DNA from: a virus
DNA: 64,000 bases
Reading direction: 5' to 3' (one strand)
IMG/VR virus record: IMGVR_UViG_3300029002_000085
The notes beneath the pieces are model-generated. The model searched no databases, was not told the DNA's origin, and was given only the letters and a program-made list of their open reading frames with translations. Of the stretch, positions 30,646 to 40,198 are shown one piece after another. A program made the translations under genes and the position numbers. The first letter of the stretch is position 1. Each line of letters opens with the position of its first letter.

Positions 30646-31497
30646 ATGACACAACATAATACCATCAAGCTTTTTGAAGCTAAAAAAGTCCGTACTATTT
30701 GGGACGACAAAGATGAAAAATGGTACTTTTCCATAGTGGATGTGGTGGCTGTCCTAACCGATAGCCCTAATCCTCGTAAGTATTGGAGTGTCTTGAAAAC
30801 ACGTTTAAAAAAAGAAGGGAGTGAGTTGACTACAAATTGTAGTCAACTGAAAATGAAATCGGCTGATGGAAAGATGTATTTAACCGATGTGGCAGATACT
30901 CAGCAGCTTCTCCGTTTGATTCAGTCTATTCCATCGCCCAAAGCAGAACCGTTCAAGCAATGGATGGCACAAGTGGCGACTGAACGTCTTAACCAAATGC
31001 AAGACCCCGAACTCTCTATCAATCAAGCACTGGTGGACTATAAGCGGTTGGGGTATTCGGATAATTGGATTAATCAGCGTCTCAAATCCATAGAGATTCG
31101 TAAAGACCTCACGGATGAATGGAAGCGGCACGGATTGCAAGAGGGAGTGCAGTTTGCTACGCTGACCGATATTATTTATCAGACTTGGAGTGACATGACC
31201 GCCAAGGAATATAAGCAGTTCAAAGGTCTGAAAAAAGAGAACTTACGTGACAATATGACCAATAAGGAATTGGTGCTAAATATGTTGGCGGAACTTTCCA
31301 CCAAAGAAATATCTGAAAGTAAAAATCCGGAAACATTTCGGGAACACATGGATGTGGCGGAAGCCGGTGGTGAGATTGCCCGCAATGCCCGTATGGAGTT
31401 GGAAGCCAAGACGGGTAAGGCAGTCATCAGTCCGCTGAACGCCAAGACAGGCATTGCGCTCAATTCATCTCCGGAAGAAGAAGACACAAAAGAATAA
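30646..31497 (+). CDS. Bro-N domain protein (DinD-like / phage antirepressor-like)
   Basis: Bro-N N-terminus IKLFEAKKVRTIWDDKDEKWYFSIVDVVAVLTDSPNPRKYWSVLK with a long helical C-terminal domain. Confidence 0.7.
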   Translation: MTQHNTIKLFEAKKVRTIWDDKDEKWYFSIVDVVAVLTDSPNPRKYWSVLKTRLKKEGSELTTNCSQLKMKSADGKMYLTDVADTQQLLRLIQSIPSPKAEPFKQWMAQVATERLNQMQDPELSINQALVDYKRLGYSDNWINQRLKSIEIRKDLTDEWKRHGLQEGVQFATLTDIIYQTWSDMTAKEYKQFKGLKKENLRDNMTNKELVLNMLAELSTKEISESKNPETFREHMDVAEAGGEIARNARMELEAKTGKAVISPLNAKTGIALNSSPEEEDTKE

Positions 31498-31519
31498 TCC
31501 TAAAAAGTGAATCAATATC

Positions 31520-32692
31520 ATGAAGACAACATTGCATACAGAATGGACTGTCGAAGACATCTGTAAAGGATTTACCTACAACGAATTGGAAGGTAAAGGT
31601 CTGTTTGGATTGGACGGGCGGCTCACTATCCAACCCGAGTATCAACGCCATTACATCTACAACGATGGGAAACGTGATGTAGCGGTGATAGAATCCCTGC
31701 TGAAAGGTTATCCCATCGGACTAATCTATTTCAACCGGACTGTGGACGGACGATTTGAAGTACTTGACGGGCAGCAACGCATCACTTCTATCGGTCGGTT
31801 CGTTACAGGAAAATTCGCCATCAAGGATGAAGCGGATAACGTACAGTATTTCTCGGGATTGCCCGAAGAGCAGCAACAAAAGATTATGCAATCCTCTCTG
31901 CTGGTATATGAATGCGAGGGTGAAGAAAAGGAAATAAAGGAGTGGTTCAAGACCATCAATATTGTAGGCATTCCGCTCAAGGAGCAGGAATTGCTCAATG
32001 CCATCTATTCGGGCGAGTTCGTAAATGCAGCCAAGCGGGTGTTCAGTAATTCCCAAAATGCGGAAATACAGAAATGGAGTCATTATATCAAGGGAGATGT
32101 GAAACGGCAGGATTATCTGGCGGAAGCCCTCCGGTGGATTTGCGACAGTAAGGGGATGAGCATTGATGCCTATATGAGCATACACCGTCACGAGCCTTCC
32201 ACGGGAGAATTGGAAAGTTATTTCCGTTCTGTGATTGACTGGGTATCGGCTACCTTTACTATGGTAGAGCGTGACATGTGCGGCTTGGAATGGGGACGGC
32301 TGTATGAAACGTACCATGCCACCCCTTATAGCACCGTCCATGTCGCGGAACGGGTAAAAGCCTTGCAAGCGGATGAAAGTGTGCGGTGTCCCCGAAATAT
32401 TTACGAATATGTACTGGGTGGAGAAGAGGATAAGAAACTGCTTGACATCCGTATCTTTGAAGAATCAACCAAGCGGGCTGCTTACAAGCGTCAGACCGAA
32501 GCGGCTGAGAAACAAGGAATTTCCAATTGTCCGCTCTGTGCGTTGGGGAATAATGCCAACAAGACCCGCATTTACAAACTTTCGGAAATGGATGCCGACC
32601 ATGTGACTGCATGGAGCAAGGGAGGGGCAACCAGCATGGAAAATTGCGAGATGCTTTGTAAAACCCATAATCGTTCAAAGGGAAATCGGTGA
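31520..32692 (+). CDS. DUF262 (ParB/Srx-like) + HNH endonuclease fusion; GmrSD-like type IV restriction enzyme
   Basis: DUF262 signatures [12 protein letters not shown] and [14 protein letters not shown]-terminal HNH CPLC...[30 protein letters not shown]. Confidence 0.8.
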   Translation: MKTTLHTEWTVEDICKGFTYNELEGKGLFGLDGRLTIQPEYQRHYIYNDGKRDVAVIESLLKGYPIGLIYFNRTVDGRFEVLDGQQRITSIGRFVTGKFAIKDEADNVQYFSGLPEEQQQKIMQSSLLVYECEGEEKEIKEWFKTINIVGIPLKEQELLNAIYSGEFVNAAKRVFSNSQNAEIQKWSHYIKGDVKRQDYLAEALRWICDSKGMSIDAYMSIHRHEPSTGELESYFRSVIDWVSATFTMVERDMCGLEWGRLYETYHATPYSTVHVAERVKALQADESVRCPRNIYEYVLGGEEDKKLLDIRIFEESTKRAAYKRQTEAAEKQGISNCPLCALGNNANKTRIYKLSEMDADHVTAWSKGGATSMENCEMLCKTHNRSKGNR

Positions 32693-32738
32693 AAGTGTGT
32701 TATTTTGAGAGAGTTAAATCAATTAATTCTCTCAAAAT

Positions 32739-33662
32739 ATGAACAATAAAAAAACATTTCACGAAGTTTCCGAGATTTGGTGTGATGCAAAGCGTCCGAT
32801 AGTGAAGCATTCCACCCTATGTGCTTATCAGCTTACGTTACAAACACACCTATTGCCACGATTTGGCGCTGCGGAAAATATAACAGAGAAGGATGTCCAG
32901 CAGTTTGTGATAGACAAATGTACTTCCGGATTAGCAAGAAAAACAGTCCGGGATATAGTGGCAGTGCTCAAATCTGTTATCAAATACGGGAATAAGCACG
33001 GGATTTTCCATTTTGAAGAATGGGAAATCGAATATCCTACCCAAACAGAAAACAAACTGCCGCCCACATTGTCATTAAATCATCAGCGTATATTGATGCG
33101 TCACTTGCTGGAACAGCCCACTCCACAAAATATAGGTGTACTGTTGGCTCTCTGTACCGGAATGAGAATCGGTGAGGTTTGTGCTTTGAAATGGGAAGAT
33201 GTGGATTTTGCACAAAAGACAGTCATCGTGAAGCATACTGTAGGCAGAATATATAACTGTGAGTTGAAATCTACAGAAAGGGTTCACTCTTCCCCAAAAA
33301 CCAAGAATTCCTATCGTGAGATTCCTATATCCAAACAGCTTCTCCAAGCGTTGAAAATGGTAAGGAAACAATCTCAATCCCCATACGTGGTAGGCACTTC
33401 CACACAATCTAAAGAGCCCCGTTCTTATCGTGATTATTTTGGCAGGTTGCTAAAACGATTGGATATTCCCCACTTGGTCTTTCATGGACTTAGGCATACA
33501 TTTGCGACCCGATGTATTGAAAGCCAGTGTGATTATAAAACTGTCAGTGTCATACTCGGTCACTCAAATGTGGCAACGACACTTAATCTGTACGTTCATC
33601 CTAATCTCAATCAAAAGAAACGGTGTATTGACCGTATGAGTAATTTCTTGGGAATAACATGA
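32739..33662 (+). CDS. Tyrosine recombinase / integrase (307 aa)
   Basis: R-H-R-Y region HGLRHTFATRC...LGHSNVATTLNLYVHP and the Arg-I box LALCTGMRIGEVCALKWEDVD. Confidence 0.85.
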   Translation: MNNKKTFHEVSEIWCDAKRPIVKHSTLCAYQLTLQTHLLPRFGAAENITEKDVQQFVIDKCTSGLARKTVRDIVAVLKSVIKYGNKHGIFHFEEWEIEYPTQTENKLPPTLSLNHQRILMRHLLEQPTPQNIGVLLALCTGMRIGEVCALKWEDVDFAQKTVIVKHTVGRIYNCELKSTERVHSSPKTKNSYREIPISKQLLQALKMVRKQSQSPYVVGTSTQSKEPRSYRDYFGRLLKRLDIPHLVFHGLRHTFATRCIESQCDYKTVSVILGHSNVATTLNLYVHPNLNQKKRCIDRMSNFLGIT

Positions 33663-33684
33663 GTTAGTCTTGGACTCTATATAT

Positions 33685-33713
33685 ACATGGGGGACAAAAA
33701 ATGTCCTCCATGT
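33685..33713. terminator. Bidirectional hairpin terminator between the convergent integrase and relaxase genes
   Basis: acatggggga-caaaaaatg-tcctccatgt inverted repeat. Confidence 0.45.
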
Positions 33714-33732
33714 ATGTGATGCGCATGATTGA

Positions 33733-35088
33733 CTATAGCTTGAAGCCTTTATTCTTTTTCTGAATAGGCTTCAAGCCGACATTCTGTTGTAATCGTTCAA
33801 ATTGTTTCTTGAACCATTCCCCGATATGCAGTCCGTCAATGGCAAGTATCAGCTTTCCATTGTTTGTACCAACTTTGGCAGTAACATCATTCGTCTTGAA
33901 CTTACGCCTATGCTCATCGGAATAGAGTTCGCCGTTGTACGGCAATGGCTTGCCTGTCATTAAATGGGCGGTCTGTTCATGGGTAAAACCGACAGCAAGG
34001 CACAATTTCTCAATACGGAGCATAGCACGAAACCAAGGAAACCATTCTGTGGCTTTTATCAACAAGGCGTTAAGCCTTGATACTTCCGTTTGATGTTTTG
34101 TTACCGTCTCGTTCTTTTCCAGCAAGTGCCGTTGCTGCATTTCCAGCACTTGGCGGCTGTGGTCTGCCCGTATGGTCTGTATCTCGGCTTGCAGGGCTCC
34201 GATGGTCTCCTCGTGTGTGGCTACCTTCCTATGCAGGGCGGTGTTCTCCCTCTCCAGTGTCTTGACCTTGTTGCTCCCGAAAAGAGAACCGACACTCTCG
34301 GCGATGTTGGCGGCTGCGGTCGTGGCTGCCCCTTTCAGCCGTTCGGTCTGTATCTCTTTTTTCGCCCGTTCAAGCTCTTCCCGTGCCGTTTCTTTCCGTT
34401 CCTGCAATTCCACCACTTCCGTTTTCAGTTCCTCTGTTTGTCGCTTTATGTCACGGTAATATTGCTGCGTGGAAACGTGCCTCGCTTCCGAACCGTCCAC
34501 GCCCCGTTGTAAACCGTATTTTTTCATCGCAACAGCGTAGCTGTCTTGATAGGCTTTCAGTTTCAAGCGGCTCATGATGTCATCGGCGCACAGCCTCACG
34601 GTGTCGGTCGGCTTCTTGCGGTAGCGTTTCTTCGCCTGCTCCTCCCTTTTCTTCCGCTTGCGTTCCCCCTTGACTATCGGCACAAGTGTGACGTGCATGT
34701 GCGGTGTTTTCTCGTCCAAGTGCAGGTGAGCCGCCACGATGTTCTCCTTCCCGAACGTGTCGGCAAAATATTTGAGGTTGTCGGCGCACCACTCGTCCAG
34801 CCGTCCCTCCCGTTCGATGCGTTCCATGTCTTCGGGTGTTGCCGACACGTTGATGCGGATTGCCCGCACTTGGTTACTTCCGATTTTGCGTGTCAGTCCC
34901 GCTTCTTCCAGCCTCCTTTGGATAGCCGCCGAACGGTCTTTCACTCCTTCGGGATATTCGATGAGTTTTCGGTTTAGATGCGTGCGTGTGGGGTCAGCGT
35001 TCTTGGGTATGATGAAACGCTCTATGTGGGCGGTCGTCCCGCTGTCGGAACCGTGCGCCTTTTCCATGTGTAAAACTACGAAACCCAT
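33733..35088 (-). CDS. MobV-family (Mob_Pre) relaxase / mobilisation protein
   Basis: MGFVVLHMEKAHG...AHLHLDEKTPHMHVTLVPIV is the Mob_Pre His-triad region, with a long coiled-coil C-terminus. The probable start is the internal Met at 35088; the ORF track starts at 35151. Confidence 0.8.
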   Translation of the reverse strand: MGFVVLHMEKAHGSDSGTTAHIERFIIPKNADPTRTHLNRKLIEYPEGVKDRSAAIQRRLEEAGLTRKIGSNQVRAIRINVSATPEDMERIEREGRLDEWCADNLKYFADTFGKENIVAAHLHLDEKTPHMHVTLVPIVKGERKRKKREEQAKKRYRKKPTDTVRLCADDIMSRLKLKAYQDSYAVAMKKYGLQRGVDGSEARHVSTQQYYRDIKRQTEELKTEVVELQERKETAREELERAKKEIQTERLKGAATTAAANIAESVGSLFGSNKVKTLERENTALHRKVATHEETIGALQAEIQTIRADHSRQVLEMQQRHLLEKNETVTKHQTEVSRLNALLIKATEWFPWFRAMLRIEKLCLAVGFTHEQTAHLMTGKPLPYNGELYSDEHRRKFKTNDVTAKVGTNNGKLILAIDGLHIGEWFKKQFERLQQNVGLKPIQKKNKGFKL

Positions 35089-35151
35089 ATATTCTTCCTT
35101 TCTTTTTTGGCTTGTGCAACAATGATTTTTTTGTATCTTCAGGGGCGGCAA

Positions 35152-35300
35152 ATGCCGTCCCCGATGGGGTGTGCAGAGGGGCTTGCCCCTTGCCTTATTG
35201 GGGAATTTTCAGCGATACGTAGTATTGCGGCTCGGAAAATTCCCTAATAAGCTACGGTATTTTCTCCGTAAATACCCTGCGGCGTACCGTCCGTCTGCCT
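35152..35300. promoter_or_regulatory. Putative oriT / regulatory region upstream of the relaxase gene
   Basis: GC-rich non-coding stretch with inverted repeats (ggggaattttc...gaaaattccc; gcaaatgccgtcccc). The ORFs listed here look spurious. Confidence 0.35.
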
Positions 35301-35608
35301 TTCTGCGGTGGCTATCCCTGCCGTCTGCTTACCCATATAACCCCACCCTTATTTTTTCCCTTTCGGTCGGTGGGTGGCGGGGCGGTCGGATACAAGGTTT
35401 TCCCGATAAATACGCTCGCAGCGAAGCGAGAGGAAGATTTATCGGGAAACGGCGCAGCCGCCTGACCTTTTAGCCGACATAAAGCCCCGTGCTTGCTTTG
35501 CCTTTGTAAACGGAAATGATTGCTCCGCTTTCCTCTGAAAAGAGGAATAGAACCTGCAATATATATCACCATAGTGATATGTTTGCATGTTGGTATGTTG
35601 ATATATCA

Positions 35609-36001
35609 TCATGCTTTCCAACGGCTGTTGGGCTTGCCGTCCGAAACAACCGACACGAATACCTTCGTTTTCTCTTTTCGCCCGTGTATAATCCTTTCCA
35701 ACAACACTTTGCGGACTTTCGCCGCCCCGAACGATTCAACACGGAAAGCGAGGGCGGCTATCGTTTCGAGGTTGTAAACCTCCGCGCTGTATTTGTCCGA
35801 TATGCGGATAATGCGCTTTATGTCATATACGCTCAAAACTCCGCTTTTGCAGAGTGCCTTTATCCCTGCCCGAACCGTCGGGGCGATAACCCCGAACAGT
35901 TCGCAGATTTCCCGCTCGGTCATGGCGGTTGCACCTATATCGCTCGGCAGGGAGATATTGCCCTGCCCGTCCATCGTGATAATGTTCCTTTCTTCTTTCA
36001 T
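35609..36001 (-). CDS. HTH DNA-binding protein (putative excisionase/regulator of the mobilisable cassette)
   Basis: HTH-like MTEREICELFGVIAPTVRAGIKAL; starts at the internal Met 17 nt after the integrase stop; 130 aa. Confidence 0.45.
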   Translation of the reverse strand: MKEERNIITMDGQGNISLPSDIGATAMTEREICELFGVIAPTVRAGIKALCKSGVLSVYDIKRIIRISDKYSAEVYNLETIAALAFRVESFGAAKVRKVLLERIIHGRKEKTKVFVSVVSDGKPNSRWKA

Positions 36002-36018
36002 CGGGATTCTGTTTTTAA

Positions 36019-37251
36019 TTAGATGGTTCGGCAGATATTCTTCTCCATATCCTCCAACTTGTGCGACAAGGTTTCCATGTCTTGGCTTATCTTCTGGGCG
36101 GTGATTTTGGCGTAAATTTGGGTGGTTTTTATGTTCGTGTGTCCCAAAAGGCGGCTCACCGTTTCGATGGGTACGCCGTGCGACAGAAGTACGGTCGTGG
36201 CGTTCGTGTGGCGTGCCACATGGTAGGTCAAACGTACCTTGAAGCCGCATTGTCTGCCTATATCTTTGAGTATCTTGTTGCAGCTTCCGTTACTCGGAAC
36301 GGGGAAAACATGACCGTCCCTTGCCAGCCCCTTGTACTTTTCGATGATACGCTTGGGAACGTCCAAAAGGCGGATGTTTGATTCGGTGTTGGTCTTCTTT
36401 CTTCGGGTGATTATCCACAGGTTGCCGTCGAAGAATGTTTGCAGGCGGTCGACGGTGAGGTTCTTCACGTCCGAATACGCCAAACCCGTGAAAACAGAAA
36501 AGACGAACAAGTCCCGTACAAGCTCGTGGGTGGCGTTCTTCATCGGTGCGTCCATGAGCGTCTGTATCTCCGTTTGGGTGAGGTAGCCCCTATCCACGCT
36601 TTCGGGAGAGTTGATATATCCGGCAAAGGGATTGAACGGCAAACGCCCGTTGTTCCTTGCAATGGAAACGATGTGTTTCAACACAATCATGTAGCCCCAC
36701 ACGGTATTGGTGCGGCATTTCTTCTCCGTGCGCAGAAAATACTCGAAATCGTTGATGAACGTGAGGTTGAGTTCCTTTAACGGAATATCCTCACGCCTGT
36801 AGGTATGGGGCAAAAACTCCCGAATATGGTTGCAGACCGTCCGATAACGGGTAAATGTACCCTGCGCCCTGCTGTGCCCGACTTTCTTCTCAAACTCGGC
36901 GTTGTGCTGCTCGAACAGTTTCAGCAAAGTTTCCTGCTTGACGCCGATACCGAGATAGGCGTCTTTGAGTTTGGCGGCGGTAACATAACCGTCCGTCTGC
37001 ATTAACTCTTGATAGCGGCGGTTTACCTCCACACGGATTTTATCTACCGCAAGGTTGATTTTCTGTGCTTCGACGCTCTTGCCCGAAGCACGGCTGTTCT
37101 TCACGTCCCACAACCGTGGGGGAACGTCCATCTTGCAACTGAACTGTTTAATCTCGCCGTCCACCGTGATACGGCACATTAAAGGCAGGTTGCCGTTCGG
37201 CTTCTCGCTGCCTTTCTTCACGTAAAATAATACCTTGAATGTACTACGCAT
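36019..37251 (-). CDS. Tyrosine integrase of the Bacteroides IntDOT/IntN1/Tn4555 type (410 aa)
   Basis: N-terminal arm-binding-type domain (MRSTFKVLFYVKKGSEKPNGNLPLMCRITVDGE) and catalytic HVARHTNATTVLLSHGVPIETVSRLLGHTNIKTTQIYAKI. Confidence 0.8.
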   Translation of the reverse strand: MRSTFKVLFYVKKGSEKPNGNLPLMCRITVDGEIKQFSCKMDVPPRLWDVKNSRASGKSVEAQKINLAVDKIRVEVNRRYQELMQTDGYVTAAKLKDAYLGIGVKQETLLKLFEQHNAEFEKKVGHSRAQGTFTRYRTVCNHIREFLPHTYRREDIPLKELNLTFINDFEYFLRTEKKCRTNTVWGYMIVLKHIVSIARNNGRLPFNPFAGYINSPESVDRGYLTQTEIQTLMDAPMKNATHELVRDLFVFSVFTGLAYSDVKNLTVDRLQTFFDGNLWIITRRKKTNTESNIRLLDVPKRIIEKYKGLARDGHVFPVPSNGSCNKILKDIGRQCGFKVRLTYHVARHTNATTVLLSHGVPIETVSRLLGHTNIKTTQIYAKITAQKISQDMETLSHKLEDMEKNICRTI

Positions 37252-37825
37252 AACTCACTCCTTTTTTTGATTACAAAATTAGTTATTAGTGAGTTACCGA
37301 CAGCTATGTAAATCTACGCAAAACGCAGAAACAGAACTGTTTAGCAAGAAATCTGCACCCGTTACGGGAGTAACGAGGTGGTAACTGGACTTCTGCACCG
37401 TTTGGCTTCGAGGTGGTATTTCGTTGGCTCTGTCCCATAGAAAAACAAAGCGTAACGAACGCTCTATCAGCTAATTCGCTACGCTTTGCCCAAATTTACT
37501 TTTTCGCTATGTGTTTATTTTATACTTTTAGGAATTAACACTTCTGTTTTTTCAAAAATCATAATTATTGTTGCTTTTACAAGAACAGCTATAGCCAATA
37601 ACAAAAATATAAATGCAACAAAAGAAAATCTAAGCATTATATCACGCTGTACACTATTAGTCATACTAGGAGGAAGTAGTTTCTTATCTAACCATTCTTT
37701 AAATCTCATAGCTAATATATTTTTTTGCAAAAATACACTTTTTAATTAAATACAAGATTATTCAGCATAACTCCATTTTAATTTCGCATATTTCAAAAAT
37801 TGTTCATTTTTACAAAAACACATTG

Positions 37826-38104
37826 CTATTTTATTATATTCCATTCACTTTCCATAATTACGTGTTCACACTTATTGCACCTATGCAAATAAGTTGGAAA
37901 AGGGGCTGTTGTATAATCTTCAACTGCTATCTCTATACTACCACATTCCGGACACTCAATACTTACTTCTTTGATACCGGGATAGTCCCAGAAAGATAGT
38001 TTCCCTTTTACATTTTCGATAGGTTCTTCATAAATAATAGGATTAGCTAACACCCAGTTATAAACTTTTTTTCGGCCCAGATAGAAGAATGATTCTGTAC
38101 ACAA
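37826..38104 (-). CDS. Zinc-ribbon hypothetical protein
   Basis: CPECGS...CNKCEH pairs; 92 aa. Confidence 0.35.
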   Translation of the reverse strand: MCTESFFYLGRKKVYNWVLANPIIYEEPIENVKGKLSFWDYPGIKEVSIECPECGSIEIAVEDYTTAPFPTYLHRCNKCEHVIMESEWNIIK

Positions 38105-38367
38105 TCCACTATCTCAATGCTACCGATAATGGAGCCTGTACAAAAACTAAAATCTTTCCACTCTTTGTTTTCCGGTAATGCCAATAACTGCTCATTGGTA
38201 AGTATTGAATCATAGAAATTATCGTAATTCAAAGGTTTACCGCTTGAATGAATCAGTACCCTCTGTCCTAAGTATTTCTTAGGACACGGCCAAGTTCGGT
38301 TCTCGATGTTTTTAATACCATGGACTATTAAAGAAGCCCACGGTTGTTTTATTGCTATTGCTTTCAT
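38047..38367 (-). CDS. ASCH-domain protein
   Basis: MKAIAIKQPWASLIVHGIKNIENRTW is the ASCH/PUA-like N-terminal signature. Confidence 0.55.
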   Translation of the reverse strand: MKAIAIKQPWASLIVHGIKNIENRTWPCPKKYLGQRVLIHSSGKPLNYDNFYDSILTNEQLLALPENKEWKDFSFCTGSIIGSIEIVDCVQNHSSIWAEKKFITGC

Positions 38368-38616
38368 TGTTCCAAACTTTTTTTGTTGCTACTTGTTTAA
38401 TTAAAAAATATATTATATGAGAACCAAATTACTACTTACGTTATTCTGCATATCATTATGCCTTAACATTACTTCATGTATGTCGGTGAGGGTTCACCCA
38501 CATAAGGATAAAACAATTCCTCTAGGACAAATAAAGAAAGTGACAGGCAGTAAGTCTGCGAGATATTATGCTCCGGGGCACAATAAGTAGAATCGTTATT
38601 ATTTCTGTTTTGAGGG

Positions 38617-39240
38617 TTAATTCCACTTGGTTACTGTTGAAAAGTCACAAGGGGAATTGAATCTATTAGTTAATATGTATGCCGCCTTGTACTGGTTCCT
38701 CAAAGTATCACCGTGGAATACGATACCGGATATTCCCCTGACAGCCAGATTAAATAAAAGGAAAGGTACTGTTTTGTCTGACAACTCACCGCATACAATC
38801 AAATGGTCGTTAGGCTTGTAATCTAAGAAACTAATACTATTCCGGTGATTGTACCAATTTGAAATGAGCATTCCGCCTGTTCCGGCTGTTGGCTCATAGG
38901 TTACGCCCGTATCAGAACCTAATAATTTAGAAACCAAAGTTGAAATACATTTAGGAGTGAAATCCTGCTTGTTGTTCTTTCGGTCAGCATGTTCATCTTC
39001 AAAGTATTCATGGAACCAATCATAACTGACATCACATTTGAAGTAGTCCAAAAAGTCTTTGAATACCTTTGTCCGTTCTTTTTCCTCTCCAAACAAAAGA
39101 CTCATTATCCGTTCCGGTGCCTGATAACTGTCTGTTATTCCCAACATTCCATTTATGTCAGATAATATATTTCTCATGGGATAATTTAATTTCGTCATTG
39201 GTTGATTGTGCATAGATAGTAGTTGTCTCAATGCTCTCAT
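38617..39240 (-). CDS. Truncated N6-adenine methyltransferase (HsdM-like) fragment lacking the NPPF catalytic motif
   Basis: KQDFTPKCISTLVSKLL (the FYTP-like segment) and motif I YEPTAGTGGMLI, plus GELSDKTVPFLLFNLAVRGISG. The protein ends before any NPPF. The 5' end overlaps the recombinase gene, so the start is uncertain. Confidence 0.55.
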   Translation of the reverse strand: MRALRQLLSMHNQPMTKLNYPMRNILSDINGMLGITDSYQAPERIMSLLFGEEKERTKVFKDFLDYFKCDVSYDWFHEYFEDEHADRKNNKQDFTPKCISTLVSKLLGSDTGVTYEPTAGTGGMLISNWYNHRNSISFLDYKPNDHLIVCGELSDKTVPFLLFNLAVRGISGIVFHGDTLRNQYKAAYILTNRFNSPCDFSTVTKWN

Positions 39241-40177
39241 GACCTAGCATCTTCTGTACCTGTTCTATTGGCATTCCTCGTTTTAGGGCTGTAGTTGCCG
39301 CTGTTCTCCTAAGTCTATGTGGATGTACATTGGATATACCCGCCTTTTTCCCTAGATTCCTTAGCATGATTTCAACTGCTCCCTTGGATATCCGGGATAG
39401 TTTATTCATATCTTTTATCTGCTGGCACATTCCCTCATAATCAGATAAAAATAGGGCTTCTAAATCATCTGTTCTTGAATCAACATATTCCTGAAGAGCT
39501 ATTTTACAGCGAGCAGACAAGTAAACAGTTCGATACTTACGCCCTTTTCCAAGTACATCAATCTGCCCATTTTGCCAATCTACATCACCGAGATTCACAT
39601 TTACCATTTCGGATACGCGACAGCCGGTGGAAAACAAGAATTCGATTATAGCCTTATTCCTTTTTGTCCTAGCCAAAGACCTTAATCTCTCCATATCATC
39701 CTCACTTAATGGCTTCTTCAATTTCTTCACTTGTCGCACCCCCTTGATTCTAAGCATTGGATTCCTATCAAGTACACCTTCTTCTGTGCACCAAGTAAAG
39801 AAGCTGCTCAAAGTTCTTCGAATGTTGTTAAGAGTATTATCACTACATTTATTAATCTTCTTATAGGCTAAATAGACACGGACATCATCGGTAACGATTT
39901 CCTTGATATGTTTTCCTACATGTAAGATAAACGCTCTTAAAATGACACGATAATAGTCTAATGAACTTTGGCATAATCCTTCCACGGCTTTGGCTATGAA
40001 GAATTTACTGATAATTTGAGAATCGGAATTATCATATACTACAACGGACGTTTCCTTTGCCATTATATCATAATTCCTTAGGCAGAAAGATACCGAATCA
40101 ATTACTGTCGAAATTTCTTCATTGGGTATCTTACCGTACAAAGTATCACGTATTTTAGTTAAAACATATTCTTTCAT
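39158..40177 (-). CDS. Tyrosine recombinase (XerC/D-like, 339 aa)
   Basis: HPHRLRRTAATTALKRGMPIEQVQKMLGHESIETTTIYAQ and ARTKRNKAIIEFLFSTGCRVSE. Confidence 0.8.
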   Translation of the reverse strand: MKEYVLTKIRDTLYGKIPNEEISTVIDSVSFCLRNYDIMAKETSVVVYDNSDSQIISKFFIAKAVEGLCQSSLDYYRVILRAFILHVGKHIKEIVTDDVRVYLAYKKINKCSDNTLNNIRRTLSSFFTWCTEEGVLDRNPMLRIKGVRQVKKLKKPLSEDDMERLRSLARTKRNKAIIEFLFSTGCRVSEMVNVNLGDVDWQNGQIDVLGKGRKYRTVYLSARCKIALQEYVDSRTDDLEALFLSDYEGMCQQIKDMNKLSRISKGAVEIMLRNLGKKAGISNVHPHRLRRTAATTALKRGMPIEQVQKMLGHESIETTTIYAQSTNDEIKLSHEKYII

Positions 40178-40198
40178 AATGATTCCTTTTTGTATTGC

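Larger units (their letters stand above)
33700..37450. mobile_element. High-GC NBU/Tn4555-like mobilisable cassette (MobV relaxase, oriT-like repeats, HTH protein, IntDOT/IntN1-like integrase) nested in the phage
   Basis: Abrupt GC rise relative to the flanks, and the gene content is that of a mobilisable element. Boundaries are approximate and no att repeats were found by eye. Confidence 0.5.

Noticed and set aside
35171-36022. Plus-strand ORFs 35171..35473 and 35516..36022, and minus-strand ORF 35312..35572, in the high-GC cassette
   Set aside because: They fall in the oriT-like repeat region or antisense to the HTH gene, and their proteins are Arg/Cys-rich and low-complexity. The minus-strand HTH ORF (35609..36001) is the better reading.
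37252-37830. Looked for a tRNA gene or att core flanking the IntDOT-like integrase, since NBU-type elements target tRNA 3' ends
   Set aside because: No T-loop or acceptor-like sequence, and no direct repeat shared with the 33660-33740 edge, was visible by eye. Boundaries remain undefined.
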